Source: Candidatus Falkowbacteria bacterium (lineage in GTDB: Bacteria; Patescibacteriota; Patescibacteriia; Patescibacteriales; GWE2-39-37). Taken from it: a stretch of 64,000 nucleotides of DNA. The notes below the pieces were generated by a model that was given only the letters and a program-made list of their open reading frames with translations, was not told the DNA's origin and ran no database searches. Numbering within the stretch: position 1 is the first letter of the stretch; each line of letters opens with the position of its first letter. Shown piece after piece: positions 54,227 through 64,000 of this stretch. The DNA lies in the NCBI GenBank assembly GCA_037137775.1, contig JBAXJQ010000003.1:920-64919 (forward strand), read 5' to 3'. Position numbers and translations under genes: made by a program.

Positions 54227-55480
54227 ATGTTCAGGACAGTTCTTCATTCATTTCAAACATCATACCGCGCCTTACAAGCTAATAAGGGGCGGAGTCTTTT
54301 AACTATGCTTGGGATTATTATTGGTGTTGGGGCGGTTATTGTGATTATGTCTGTTGGCGCCGGCGCACAAAGTTTAATATTATCTCAAGTAAAAAGCCTT
54401 GGCTCTAACTTGATCGGTGTGTTGCCAGGTAAATCTGATAGTAACGGTCCGCCTTCTTCGGTGCTTGGGATTGTGATTACAACACTAACCTACGATGATG
54501 CTCGAGCGATGCTAAATAAGTCTCGGATTCCGCACATTGTAAGTAATGTGGCCTATACCAAGGGGTATGGCACGTTGTCTTGGGATGCGAATACTTATGA
54601 AACAAATCTTTCCGGCTCAACCGTGGGTTATTTATCAACTGAGGGTGGGGAGGTAGCCGAAGGTCGTTTTTTTACCGAGGACGAAGAACGTAATTTGTCA
54701 CGCTATGTTGTTTTGGGTAGTACGGTAAAAAAAGAACTATTTGGTGAATCTGTGGCAGTGGGGCAGAGAATTAAAGTGAATAAAAAAAGTTTTGAGGTGA
54801 TTGGCGTTATGAAAGAGCGCGGTTCGGTGGCATTTCAAAATTATGATGATCAAGTTTTCATTCCAATTTTAACCATGCAAAAATTGGTTGCCGGTGTGGA
54901 TAATCTCGGCTTAATCAGAATAAAGGTTGATGATCAGGTAAATATTCCAGAAACTATCGACGAGGTGGCTCAGCTATTGCGTGAACGGCACAATATTTCT
55001 GATCAAACGGGCAAGGATGATGATTTTACTGTGGTTAATGCTGCTCAGGCGTTGGACATGCTTAAGACCATAACCAATGCCTTGCGCTATTTTTTAGCTG
55101 CAATTGCTGCCTTGTCTTTAATAGTTGGCGGTATTGGTATAATGAATATTATGTTAGTAGCCGTATCCGAACGGACGCGTGAAATTGGTTTGCGTAAAGC
55201 AGTCGGCGCTAACAATGCTGATATTCGAATCCAATTTCTTTTCGAGGCAATAATCATTACTTTTCTGGGCGGCATTTTAGGTATTATTGGGGGCAGTACA
55301 TTGTCATTTCTCATTTCCATAGTGGCAAATAAATTAGGGTATGATTGGCAATTTTATATCTCGCTCAATTCAATTATTTTAGCAGTGGTGGTGTCCGTTT
55401 CAATTGGTATTATTTTTGGCTTGTTTCCCGCTGTTAAGGCCAGCAAACTGCATCCGATTGAGGCTTTGCGTTATGAATAG
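54227..55480 (+). CDS. MacB/FtsX-family ABC permease (paralog 1)
   Basis: TM1, large extracytoplasmic MacB_PCD-like domain, then 3 C-terminal TM helices. SERTREIGLRKAVGA motif. Confidence 0.88.
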   Translation: MFRTVLHSFQTSYRALQANKGRSLLTMLGIIIGVGAVIVIMSVGAGAQSLILSQVKSLGSNLIGVLPGKSDSNGPPSSVLGIVITTLTYDDARAMLNKSRIPHIVSNVAYTKGYGTLSWDANTYETNLSGSTVGYLSTEGGEVAEGRFFTEDEERNLSRYVVLGSTVKKELFGESVAVGQRIKVNKKSFEVIGVMKERGSVAFQNYDDQVFIPILTMQKLVAGVDNLGLIRIKVDDQVNIPETIDEVAQLLRERHNISDQTGKDDDFTVVNAAQALDMLKTITNALRYFLAAIAALSLIVGGIGIMNIMLVAVSERTREIGLRKAVGANNADIRIQFLFEAIIITFLGGILGIIGGSTLSFLISIVANKLGYDWQFYISLNSIILAVVVSVSIGIIFGLFPAVKASKLHPIEALRYE

Positions 55481-55483
55481 TCT

Positions 55484-56743
55484 ATGAAAATATTAGCCGT
55501 TAGTAAATTATCTGTTAATGCTTTAATTGGTAACAAGACGAGAACCTTGTTGACTGTTTTGGGTATGGTTATCGGGATTGCGGCAGTAATTATTGTTTTT
55601 AGCGCTGGTGAGGGAATTAAATCTTTGATATTGGGACAGGTGGAGTCATTTGGTACTGATATAATTCAAACTGAACCGCGCTTGCCATCAAACAAGCCAA
55701 CTGCGGCCAAAAACGCCCAGTATAGTCAGGCAATTGCTCAAGGAGTGCAGGTGGTATCTTTGAAGTTAACTGATATGGACAAGATTAATCGGTTGCCAAA
55801 TATTAAAGGTAGTTACGCATCTTTAACCGGTCAAGCATTGGTTAGTTATCAAGCCGAAGCAAAAAAAGCAATTTTGTATGGTGTTAGCCCATATTTTATC
55901 AATGTTGGCACTTTTCAACTTTCATCCGGTAGATTTTATGAAGAAGAGGAGGATAAAAGTCTGGCGCAAGTGGTGGTGTTGGGTAGTGGCATCAAAACCA
56001 AATTATTTGGCGATTCCGAAGCAGTGGGAAAAATGATTCAAGTAAAAAAAGAAAAATACGAAGTCGTAGGCGTGATGAAAGAACGTGGTTCATCCGGCTT
56101 TATTAGTTTCGACGATTTTGTGTATATACCGACTAGAACCATGCAGAAACGGATATTGGGTATAAACCACGTCCTCTCAATCACCAGTCAATTAGCCGAT
56201 GTGTCTAAAGCTGAATCCACCGCAGAAGATATTAGATTTACTTTACGAGAAAGTCATAAAATAGATAACCCCACCAAAGATGATTTTCGTGTTTCCACCG
56301 TGGCAGAGCTGATGGCGACGTTGGGGGTTATTACTGGTGCGATTACCTTGTTATTGTTAGCGATTGTTGCAATTTCCTTAGTAGTTGGCGGCATTGGCAT
56401 TACTAATATTATGTATGTCATCGTAACTGAACGAACCTCGGAGATTGGCTTACGCAAGGCGGTTGGCGCTAAATATCGAGACATTTTGCTCCAATTTTTA
56501 ATTGAGTCGGTGTTAATTACGTTATTAGGCGGTATTATCGGTATTATCATTGGCGTAGCCATATCATATTTAATTGCTATAGTGGCCAGTCGAGCGCTTG
56601 GCCTTGAATGGAAATTTGTGGTGCCAATTAGCGGTTTTATTACGGCTCTTGTATTTTCTGTAGTATTTGGCATAGTTTTTGGTGTATACCCAGCGCGTAA
56701 GGCGGCGAAACTTAATCCAATTGACGCGTTACGAACAGAATAA
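55484..56743 (+). CDS. MacB/FtsX-family ABC permease (paralog 2)
   Basis: Same architecture as paralog 1. TERTSEIGLRKAVGA motif. Confidence 0.88.
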   Translation: MKILAVSKLSVNALIGNKTRTLLTVLGMVIGIAAVIIVFSAGEGIKSLILGQVESFGTDIIQTEPRLPSNKPTAAKNAQYSQAIAQGVQVVSLKLTDMDKINRLPNIKGSYASLTGQALVSYQAEAKKAILYGVSPYFINVGTFQLSSGRFYEEEEDKSLAQVVVLGSGIKTKLFGDSEAVGKMIQVKKEKYEVVGVMKERGSSGFISFDDFVYIPTRTMQKRILGINHVLSITSQLADVSKAESTAEDIRFTLRESHKIDNPTKDDFRVSTVAELMATLGVITGAITLLLLAIVAISLVVGGIGITNIMYVIVTERTSEIGLRKAVGAKYRDILLQFLIESVLITLLGGIIGIIIGVAISYLIAIVASRALGLEWKFVVPISGFITALVFSVVFGIVFGVYPARKAAKLNPIDALRTE

Positions 56744-56744
56744 T

Positions 56745-58946
56745 ATGAATAATGAACAACTAAAAATTGCCGTTATACACGATCATATGGAATGGCCGGG
56801 TGGTGGAGAACGCACCGCGTTAATTATGGCTTTGGATTTGGGCGCTGATTTTATTACCGCTTATGCTAATCCCAAGGCATATCCCGAACATCAGGCCGAA
56901 TTGGGTGATAGGTTAAAAGTGTTATCCAGAACGATAGAAACCAAGCGGGTGTTTCGATATTTTTGGACAAGAAAAGTGTTTCGTCGCAATCATCATTTGC
57001 TCGATGGATATGATATTTTAATTGCCTCTGGTCAAGCTGCCAGCGAGGTGGTAACTAATTATGGTTCAAGTAAGGCAAGGCGTTTACTCTATTGTCACAC
57101 GCCGCCACGGCGGGTATATGATTTATTTGAATCTAGTCGCCAAATGTATCCCTTTTATTTACGTTTCGCTTATTCTTTTTTTACGAAACGGTGGGATAAG
57201 TTGTATCGTCGGGCGCTATCGCGTTTCGATTATATCATTAGCAATAATCATAATATCACCGAGCGTTTAGCCAAGTATACCGGGTTTTGGGCGAATGAAG
57301 AAATTCCCCCACCAATCATTACTGCTAATTACGCTAATCTAGGGCAGGGTGATTATTTTTTATCCTGGGGCAGAGTTGATGAGCAGAAAAGAATCGAATT
57401 GATTATTGAGGCGTTTGCTCGGATGCCAGAGCAAAAATTAATTGTTGCTTCTGGTGGGCCACGTTTAGAGGCAGTTAAACAATTAGCGCGTGGTCATAAA
57501 AATATTACAATTGTTGGTTGGGTGTCTGACGATGAGCTAAAAAAATTAGTAGGCAATTGCCAAGCCGCTATTTATATTCCGGTCGATGAGGATGCAGGCA
57601 TGACTCAACTTGAAGCCAACGCTGCCGGAAAACCAGTTATTGGCGTAGACGAGGGCGGGCTACGGGATACTATTATTGAAGGGGTTACCGGCACTAAAAT
57701 AAAGGCTAATCCGACGGCCGACGATATAATTATAGCGGTTCAACAGTTTACCCCAGAATGGTGTCAGTCACAAAGTGAAAAGTGTTTAGCGCATGCTAAA
57801 AAATACGATCGTGAAATATTTAGTCAAAAAATTAAAAGTGCAGTATCAAATTTGTCACCAGAGAGAAAAGTGCTTGCAATTGATGCTTCGCGTTGGGAAG
57901 ATCCACGTCAGCCTGGCAAGGGCGAACGGAGTGGTGTTGAGGTTTATTCGCGCGAGATTATAACCGCTTTAGTGCAAGCTGTTTCGGGCAAGCCGGATTT
58001 ACGACTAGAACTAATTACGCCAAGGTTAATAATTGAGTTACCGCGTCAAGTTCAAAAAGTGTTACCTGGTGGCAAACGATGGACAATTACCGTTTTAGAT
58101 AAGTATTTAGCGTATCGTCGTCCAAATTATTTTCTGACCCCTAGTTATTATTTACCACGGCATTCCCCGGAAAATAGTATTGCCGTAGTGCATGATATTA
58201 AATTCAAAACCGATCCGGAGCGCTATTCACTAACTGACCGACTATGGCAAGGCGTTACTACAAGATATAATCTTCATCGCGCAAAAAGAATCATTGCAGT
58301 TTCGCAAGCTACTAAAGACGATTTGGTAATGCACTACGGATGTCAGCCTAACGACGTTGTGGTCGTGCCCATGGGATATACACGCTGGATTATTGGCAAT
58401 GACAAAAACACAAGAACCAACACAATTTTATATGTTGGTCGGATTGATAAGAAAAAATCAATTTCGATATTAATAGCTGCCTTTGCTCAAATTTATAAAA
58501 AATATCCGAATTGGCGTTTAGTGCTGGCCGGTAAACCAGGATTTGGATCTGAAGAAATTTTGGCCATGCCGTCTAAACTTGGCGTTGAAGCGGCGGTAAT
58601 ATTTTTAGGCTATATTTCAGATGCCCAAAAAAAGCAATATCTTTTAGATGCGGCTATTTTCGTCCAGCCTAGCGCAACTGAGGGCGCCGCCATACCGTTA
58701 CTCGAAGCCTGGGACGCAGCAACACCAGGAATCGTTGCCGATACACCTGTTATGCGGGAAATTGGTAGTAAAGGCGTAGTTTATTTTAAGCCAGAGGACG
58801 CCTACTCTTTGGCTCAAAAAATTGAAGAATTAATAAATAATATAAAATTAGGCGAGGAGATAGTTGTAACCGGACAAAAAAAATTAGCTTCTATGAGTTG
58901 GCCAGAAATTTGCCAGCAGATACTTAAAATCTTTTTAGAAAAGTAG
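56745..58946 (+). CDS. fusion of two GT-B family-4-type (GT4) glycosyltransferase modules
   Basis: Two complete GT-B units, each with an E-x7-E-type C-terminal motif (EDAGMTQLEANAAGKPV; TEGAAIPLLEAWDAATPG). ATG at 56745 is preferred over 56679, which overlaps the upstream permease gene. Confidence 0.8.
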   Translation: MNNEQLKIAVIHDHMEWPGGGERTALIMALDLGADFITAYANPKAYPEHQAELGDRLKVLSRTIETKRVFRYFWTRKVFRRNHHLLDGYDILIASGQAASEVVTNYGSSKARRLLYCHTPPRRVYDLFESSRQMYPFYLRFAYSFFTKRWDKLYRRALSRFDYIISNNHNITERLAKYTGFWANEEIPPPIITANYANLGQGDYFLSWGRVDEQKRIELIIEAFARMPEQKLIVASGGPRLEAVKQLARGHKNITIVGWVSDDELKKLVGNCQAAIYIPVDEDAGMTQLEANAAGKPVIGVDEGGLRDTIIEGVTGTKIKANPTADDIIIAVQQFTPEWCQSQSEKCLAHAKKYDREIFSQKIKSAVSNLSPERKVLAIDASRWEDPRQPGKGERSGVEVYSREIITALVQAVSGKPDLRLELITPRLIIELPRQVQKVLPGGKRWTITVLDKYLAYRRPNYFLTPSYYLPRHSPENSIAVVHDIKFKTDPERYSLTDRLWQGVTTRYNLHRAKRIIAVSQATKDDLVMHYGCQPNDVVVVPMGYTRWIIGNDKNTRTNTILYVGRIDKKKSISILIAAFAQIYKKYPNWRLVLAGKPGFGSEEILAMPSKLGVEAAVIFLGYISDAQKKQYLLDAAIFVQPSATEGAAIPLLEAWDAATPGIVADTPVMREIGSKGVVYFKPEDAYSLAQKIEELINNIKLGEEIVVTGQKKLASMSWPEICQQILKIFLEK

Positions 58947-58966
58947 TTTTTACTGATTGATTTTTC

Positions 58967-58995
58967 TTGTAAAAATATTCGATTCGTGGTAAAAT
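58967..58995 (+). promoter_or_regulatory. candidate promoter of the DUF4012 gene
   Basis: TTGTAA, 17-nt spacer, extended -10 TGgTAAAAT. Confidence 0.45.
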
Positions 58996-59016
58996 ATTGT
59001 CATAAAAAACAAGATC

Positions 59017-61032
59017 ATGTTTCGTTATTCACGTTCAAATCATCCTAATTTTGTTAAACTCTACCACCAGGCAGAGCAGTTTTATCAAAATTTACCGTTA
59101 ATCAAAAAAACCCGTCGCCAAAAGCGACTATTTTTTGTATTGCGAGTCACTGCTTATTGTGCGACCGCATTATTTTTGTTCTTATTTTTATTTGCTGCCA
59201 TTAATTTTCTCCAATATAAATTAATTTATGGTCAAGCAGTTAGCGGACGTAATAGCTTAACTGAGGCAATCGCACTAATTAAGATCGGCGATTATAAAAA
59301 TGCTAGCATTAAAGCAGCACGGGCAAATGCAGATTTGAGCAGTGCCTTTGCCAATTTACAACAAAACGAAGATTCAATTGTGGTTAAGTTGATTACACCT
59401 ATTCGTCACGAAGTGGGACAAGTAAAAGTGTTAGTTGGCGCTGCCAGCATGCTTGCTCAATCGACTGTTATTGCCACTAGCTTTGGTCAAGAATTGACTG
59501 GCTTATTAGAAAATAGCAAACAACTTACTTATGCTTCATTAACCAAGGAAGAAAAAAGGCGGGTTTTGGCACGTTTATCACAATCCGCGCCAGAATTGGC
59601 TGGCATTAAAGCGAATTTAAGCTTGGCAGTAATGAATTTAAACCAAATCGATTACTATGGGGTGTTGTGGCCGTTTATGGATAAGATAACTGAGATAAAA
59701 AAACAATCAATTCTTGCGATCGATGTTTTAGACAAGTTCGCACCAATTAGCCAAGTGTTGCCTGAATTGTCTGGGTATCCTAATTCAGCAACCTATTTAG
59801 TACTATTTCAAAATAACGATGAGCTGCGTCCCACTGGTGGTTTTTTGGGTACCTATGGCATTGCTCAAATCGACTTGGGTGATATAACGCGTTTTGATAC
59901 TCATGACATATACCACATTGATATGCCGGTGAGCGAAAAGCTAAACATCGCTCCACCAGAGCCATTAAAACAATATCTTAACAAGAAGTGGTATATGCGT
60001 GATGCTAACTGGTCACCTGACTGGCCAACCTCAGCACGGCAAATTGAGTGGTTTTATCAAACCGAAAACAGAATGCTTGCACCTAAGGATAACATTAATA
60101 AATTTGATGGTAAATTTACTGGAGTAATTGCTATTACCCCAAAATTAGTCACCGATCTACTTGAGCTGTCTGGCCCGATAATTATTGATGGGCAAGAATA
60201 TAACAGTGTCAACTTTGTTGATTTGCTACAATATCGAGTAGAAAAAGGCTATGTTCAGCTCGGCGTTTCCTCTTGGCAACGCAAGGAAGTGATTGGTCGA
60301 ATCTTAAGTGAACTTAAAATTCGACTATTAAACCTGCCGGTAGAAAAATGGCAAACCATTTTTGATACGCTAACCAAAAATTTGGCGCAAAAGAACATTC
60401 AAATGTATTCTAATAATCAGGCCGTGTATGGTATTTTTAATGAGCAGGGTTGGACAGGTAGCATGTCGCAAACTACGGGGGATTATCTCATGGTGGTAGA
60501 CGCAAACATGGCCAGTTTAAAAACTGATCGAGTTATCGATCGAGCAATACGATATCAAATAGCGGAGCAAAATAATGAACTTCATTCCACGGTAATAGTA
60601 CAATACGCTCATAAGGGTCAGCAAGCAGATTGGAAAACCAGTAAATACAAATCATATACCAGAATCTATTTACCAGCTGGAGTGACGATTAAAAAGTCTA
60701 ACGGTTGCACCAAGCCAATTGAGATTTCATCAGAATTAAACAAAACTGTTATCGGTTGTTTGGTGGAAGTTGACTTTGGGCAGATAACAACCATTGGCCT
60801 TGAGTATGATTTGCCGACCAATATGGTTGAGGCAGTAAAAAAAGGGGATTATACGCTTTACGTTCAACGTCAGGCTGGCAATGATATAAAAGATTTTACA
60901 TTTGACGCCAGCTTTAAAAATAGTATAAAATCATACAATCCAGTTGGGTTATCAGTTCAGTGGTTTTATGGCAACCGAATCAACTGGCAAACTGATTTAT
61001 TAACAGACAAATTATTCACCCTTACCTTCTAA
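59017..61032 (+). CDS. DUF4012-domain membrane-anchored protein
   Basis: N-terminal TM helix. The NNDELRPTGGFLGTYG motif is characteristic of DUF4012 as I recall it. Confidence 0.65.
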   Translation: MFRYSRSNHPNFVKLYHQAEQFYQNLPLIKKTRRQKRLFFVLRVTAYCATALFLFLFLFAAINFLQYKLIYGQAVSGRNSLTEAIALIKIGDYKNASIKAARANADLSSAFANLQQNEDSIVVKLITPIRHEVGQVKVLVGAASMLAQSTVIATSFGQELTGLLENSKQLTYASLTKEEKRRVLARLSQSAPELAGIKANLSLAVMNLNQIDYYGVLWPFMDKITEIKKQSILAIDVLDKFAPISQVLPELSGYPNSATYLVLFQNNDELRPTGGFLGTYGIAQIDLGDITRFDTHDIYHIDMPVSEKLNIAPPEPLKQYLNKKWYMRDANWSPDWPTSARQIEWFYQTENRMLAPKDNINKFDGKFTGVIAITPKLVTDLLELSGPIIIDGQEYNSVNFVDLLQYRVEKGYVQLGVSSWQRKEVIGRILSELKIRLLNLPVEKWQTIFDTLTKNLAQKNIQMYSNNQAVYGIFNEQGWTGSMSQTTGDYLMVVDANMASLKTDRVIDRAIRYQIAEQNNELHSTVIVQYAHKGQQADWKTSKYKSYTRIYLPAGVTIKKSNGCTKPIEISSELNKTVIGCLVEVDFGQITTIGLEYDLPTNMVEAVKKGDYTLYVQRQAGNDIKDFTFDASFKNSIKSYNPVGLSVQWFYGNRINWQTDLLTDKLFTLTF

Positions 61033-61059
61033 TCTTGGCCATTTGGCCATAAAACTATC

Positions 61060-62067
61060 ATGTTTTTGAAACGAATTGGCATCGATTTGGGCACTACCTA
61101 TACCCTTGTTCATCTCCCGAAACGGGGTATTGTTATAAATGAGCCTAGCGTGGTCGCCTTATCGGTAATAGATAAGAAGATTTTGGCTGTAGGCAATGAA
61201 GCTAAAGACATGCTTGGTCGCACGCCTGATTCGATTATTGCCTTAAAACCGCTTAAGGATGGTGTTATAGCCGATTATCGGGCTACTGAGGCCATGCTAC
61301 GGTATTTTATCAATAAATCTTTAGGCGGCATTCGTTTGTTTCGCCCTGAAGTGATGGTGGCCGTGCCAGCTGGTATTTCCTCAACCGAACGCAGAGCGGT
61401 TATTGATGCTACTATTGCTGCTGGCGCTAAGGCAGCGTATATCATAAAAGAGCCAGTCGCTGCGGCTATTGGTGCAGATATTCCGATTGGATCAGCCTCG
61501 GGCCACATGATTATCGATATTGGCGGCGGTACAGCTGAAATGGCGGTTATCTCTTTGGGTGGTATCGTTGCTTCGACATCAGTTCGAGTGGGCGGAATTC
61601 GTTTTGATAACGCGATTATCGATTATATACGGCGCAAGTACAGCCTCTCTATCGGTGAACGCACGGCTGAGGAAGTTAAAATAAATATTGGTTCGGCACT
61701 CTATCTTGAAAACAAATTAACTATGGAGATTCGCGGTCGTGATATCATTACTGGTCTCCCGCGCAGCATTATGGTAACCAGCAATGACGTAACCGAGGCG
61801 CTGCAAAATGAGCTTGAGGCAATTATCAACGCGGTAAAAAAAGTTTTGCACGACACGCCACCGGAGCTTTCTTCTGATATAATGGATAAGGGTATGGTCT
61901 TGTCCGGCGGCAGTTCGCTTTTGCGCAATATCGATCAACTGCTCTCACGTGCCACTGGAGTGCCAGCCTATGTGGCCAATGATGCATTGCTTTGCGTAGC
62001 CAAAGGCACCGGTATCGCCTTGGAAAATCTTGATTCATATAAGCGTAGCATCTTAGCTACTAAATAA
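61060..62067 (+). CDS. mreB: rod-shape-determining actin homolog MreB
   Basis: IGIDLGTTYT, DIGGGTAE and VLSGGSSLLRNID motifs. 335 aa. Confidence 0.93.
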   Translation: MFLKRIGIDLGTTYTLVHLPKRGIVINEPSVVALSVIDKKILAVGNEAKDMLGRTPDSIIALKPLKDGVIADYRATEAMLRYFINKSLGGIRLFRPEVMVAVPAGISSTERRAVIDATIAAGAKAAYIIKEPVAAAIGADIPIGSASGHMIIDIGGGTAEMAVISLGGIVASTSVRVGGIRFDNAIIDYIRRKYSLSIGERTAEEVKINIGSALYLENKLTMEIRGRDIITGLPRSIMVTSNDVTEALQNELEAIINAVKKVLHDTPPELSSDIMDKGMVLSGGSSLLRNIDQLLSRATGVPAYVANDALLCVAKGTGIALENLDSYKRSILATK

Positions 62068-62071
62068 TTAT

Positions 62072-63361
62072 ATGTTAATAGGTATTGACGCAAGTCGGGC
62101 GAATCGTAAGCAAAAAAGCGGCACAGAATGGTATGCCTATCATGTGATTAAACAACTAGCCATCCTTGATTCAGAGAATCAGTATGTTCTATATACCGAC
62201 AAGCCGCTCGAGCCACATCTTTGTAATTTAACCGATCAGGGTGAATGTCCCGTAGTTGAGTGCGATCGTTTTGGTCGACAAGCAATCGTTTCTCCTCATA
62301 ATAATTTTTCGGCCAAAGTTCTTCGTTGGCCGTTTCGTTTTTTTTGGACTCTTGGCCGTTTATCACTGGAGATGCTTTTTTATCGACCGAATATACTATT
62401 TGTTCCTTCTCATGTATTACCGCTTATTCACCCTAAAAAGTCGATTGTTACTATTCATGACGTTGGATATGCTCGGGAAAAACAATTATATCCTAACGAA
62501 GCAATTCGGGCGAACGAGCGGCTTCGCGGTAGACGAATTGAATGGTTGGTTCGCTTTTTGACCGGCGGTAGATACGGCGCTAATATCCATGATTACTTTA
62601 CTTGGTCGACGAATTATACCTTGGCACATGCCAAAAAAATCATTTGCGTTTCTGAGTTTACCCGTTTTGAACTAAATGAAGTTTATCAGTCTGAAAAAAA
62701 AATAAAGAAATGGCAAGAGCTATTAGTTATCCCAAATGGTTATGATGATAAGCGATATAACAAGCATCAACTCGATTTCGATCGTGTCAGTGAAGTGTTG
62801 GCTAAATATGGTATCGAGCCGCCCTATCTTTGTTATTTAGGACGGCTTGAACGTAAAAAAAATACGATTAACTTACTAGCTGCTTTTGCGGAAATAAAAC
62901 GTGCTAAACCAGATTTGTCGTTAGCGTTACTTGGAAGTGCTAGTTTTGGTTATGATGAAATTAATTATACTATTAGTGAATATAAATTAGATCACTCGGT
63001 CATCACTCCCGGTTGGACCGATGAAGACGATGTGCCGTCATTACTAGCTGGTGCTGCAGCATTTGTTTTCCCTTCAAAATACGAAGGCTTCGGTATTCCA
63101 GTATTGCAAGCCATGGCTTGTGGTACGCCGGTAGCGGCGGCAGATATCCCGCCGCTCCACGAAGTTGGTGGCAATGCGGTAGCATATTTTAATCCAAATG
63201 ATAGTCATGACATGGCTCAAACAATTATTCAATTGCTCGACAACAAGGCTGAACAGTTAGATAAAATTAAACAAGGATACATTCAGGCATCAAAATATAG
63301 TTGGCAAAAAACCACCCTGCAACTAGTACAATTATTTAATCGGATGCACCATGAAAAGTAA
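62072..63361 (+). CDS. family-4-type (GT4) glycosyltransferase
   Basis: SKYEGFGIPVLQAMACGTPV motif. The N-terminus IGIDASR is paralogous to the second module of the fused glycosyltransferase at 56745-58946. Confidence 0.85.
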   Translation: MLIGIDASRANRKQKSGTEWYAYHVIKQLAILDSENQYVLYTDKPLEPHLCNLTDQGECPVVECDRFGRQAIVSPHNNFSAKVLRWPFRFFWTLGRLSLEMLFYRPNILFVPSHVLPLIHPKKSIVTIHDVGYAREKQLYPNEAIRANERLRGRRIEWLVRFLTGGRYGANIHDYFTWSTNYTLAHAKKIICVSEFTRFELNEVYQSEKKIKKWQELLVIPNGYDDKRYNKHQLDFDRVSEVLAKYGIEPPYLCYLGRLERKKNTINLLAAFAEIKRAKPDLSLALLGSASFGYDEINYTISEYKLDHSVITPGWTDEDDVPSLLAGAAAFVFPSKYEGFGIPVLQAMACGTPVAAADIPPLHEVGGNAVAYFNPNDSHDMAQTIIQLLDNKAEQLDKIKQGYIQASKYSWQKTTLQLVQLFNRMHHEK

Positions 63362-64000
63362 CACGATACTTATAAAAACCGTTAGTATATTTTGGCTTTG
63401 TTGCCTTTTTTTTGATTTGTTCGGGGCAGAGGCGGCGCAAATAAATTCAAATAATCAGATTTTTTTGTATAGATATGGCAATAATCCGACATTGTTTAGC
63501 ACAACCAATCCTAATAAATCTATTATTAAAGACAGCGACAAATTGGCTTGGTTTGAGCCTGACTATCCAATTAAAGCAGCCATGCTACCCAATGATACTT
63601 ATTTTTCAAAACAATGGTATTTAAATAAAATTAAAGCACCAGAAGCGTGGAATACCGTGCGTAATAACAACAATATAATTATTGCCGTAATTGATTCTGG
63701 AGTTGATATCGGCCATGAGGATTTGGTTAATAATATTTGGCAAAATCAAGTTGAGATAGCAGCCAATGGCCAAGACGATGATAATAATGGATTTATTGAT
63801 GATACAAATGGGTGGGATTTTGTGGACAATACTAACGATCCACGACCAAAATTCGAACCTGGCTATACCGATGAAGTTAATCACGGCACGTTGGTAGCGG
63901 GATTAATCGCAGCCGAGGGGAATAATGCAACCGGTGTAACCGGTGTAGTTTGGCGCGCTAAAATTATGGCGTTGCGCGTTTTAGATGATAAAGGCGAGGG
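63351..64000 (+). CDS. secreted subtilisin-like (S8) serine protease, 3'-truncated by the window edge
   Basis: Absent from the ORF track because no stop falls in the window. Signal peptide, Asp-box AVIDSGVD and His-box NHGTLVAG. Starts 11 nt inside the upstream gene. Confidence 0.8.
   Translation, partial: MKSNTILIKTVSIFWLCCLFFDLFGAEAAQINSNNQIFLYRYGNNPTLFSTTNPNKSIIKDSDKLAWFEPDYPIKAAMLPNDTYFSKQWYLNKIKAPEAWNTVRNNNNIIIAVIDSGVDIGHEDLVNNIWQNQVEIAANGQDDDNNGFIDDTNGWDFVDNTNDPRPKFEPGYTDEVNHGTLVAGLIAAEGNNATGVTGVVWRAKIMALRVLDDKGE

Noticed and set aside
56254-56673. 139-aa ORF antisense to the second MacB-type permease
   Set aside because: It lies inside a confidently assigned permease gene. It is hydrophobic only because it mirrors TM-coding sequence.
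1-64000. Alternative genetic code (UGA recoding as in some candidate phyla, or TAA reassignment suggested by the in-frame TAA)
   Set aside because: Standard-code ORFs give full-length, motif-complete proteins with no in-frame TGA breaks. TGA terminates pilB with a properly coupled pilC start. TAA is the commonest genuine stop codon. A single internal TAA in one gene is better explained as a nonsense mutation or an error.

Overview
This is a 64-kb, gene-dense chromosomal segment from a low-GC bacterium. Stop codons are almost all TAA or TAG, and the standard code 11 fits. By inference from gene content, the organism resembles a monoderm Patescibacteria/CPR-type cell. The supporting features are a type IV pilus operon with no secretin, a minimal Rrf2-IscU-Nfu-cysteine desulfurase module, an archaeal-type PEP carboxylase, a sigma-region-4/HARE-HTH protein, a DUF4012 protein and many envelope or glycan genes. 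In window order the content is: clpB with a CIRCE operator; an orphan FabZ-like gene; an aspartate aminotransferase plus archaeal-type PEPC operon; a nucleotide/amino-sugar salvage trio; an Fe-S operon that also carries an L,D-transpeptidase; a 9.6-kb pilus operon (pilB-pilC, three pilin-like genes, pilMNO); a mur/fts cluster (mraY-ftsW-murG-murC-HAD-murB); a membrane protein paired with a VirD4/TraD-like ATPase; a processive GT2 synthase; tRNA-Thr and tRNA-Gly; a DPBB-PBP5 fusion followed by ftsEX; surface proteins with FG-GAP and DUF11-like domains; cspA; an ABC exporter interrupted by a single in-frame TAA; an RNA-rich locus around tRNA-Gln; pyrG and trxA; a degenerate receiver followed by a MacAB-like exporter; and a glycosyltransferase/DUF4012/mreB/S8 protease island. 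I saw no CRISPR array, transposase, integrase or rRNA. The observations I consider most worth follow-up are: (1) a promoter- and terminator-bounded structured RNA candidate whose 5' arm is the exact complement of the 3' end of tRNA-Gln; (2) a riboswitch-like GC-rich leader in front of a 52-aa membrane ORF; (3) pilin-like proteins fused to a six-repeat beta-propeller; and (4) the membrane protein/coupling-ATPase pair with a C-terminal zinc ribbon. All calls come from reading the sequence and the ORF translations. No database search was run.
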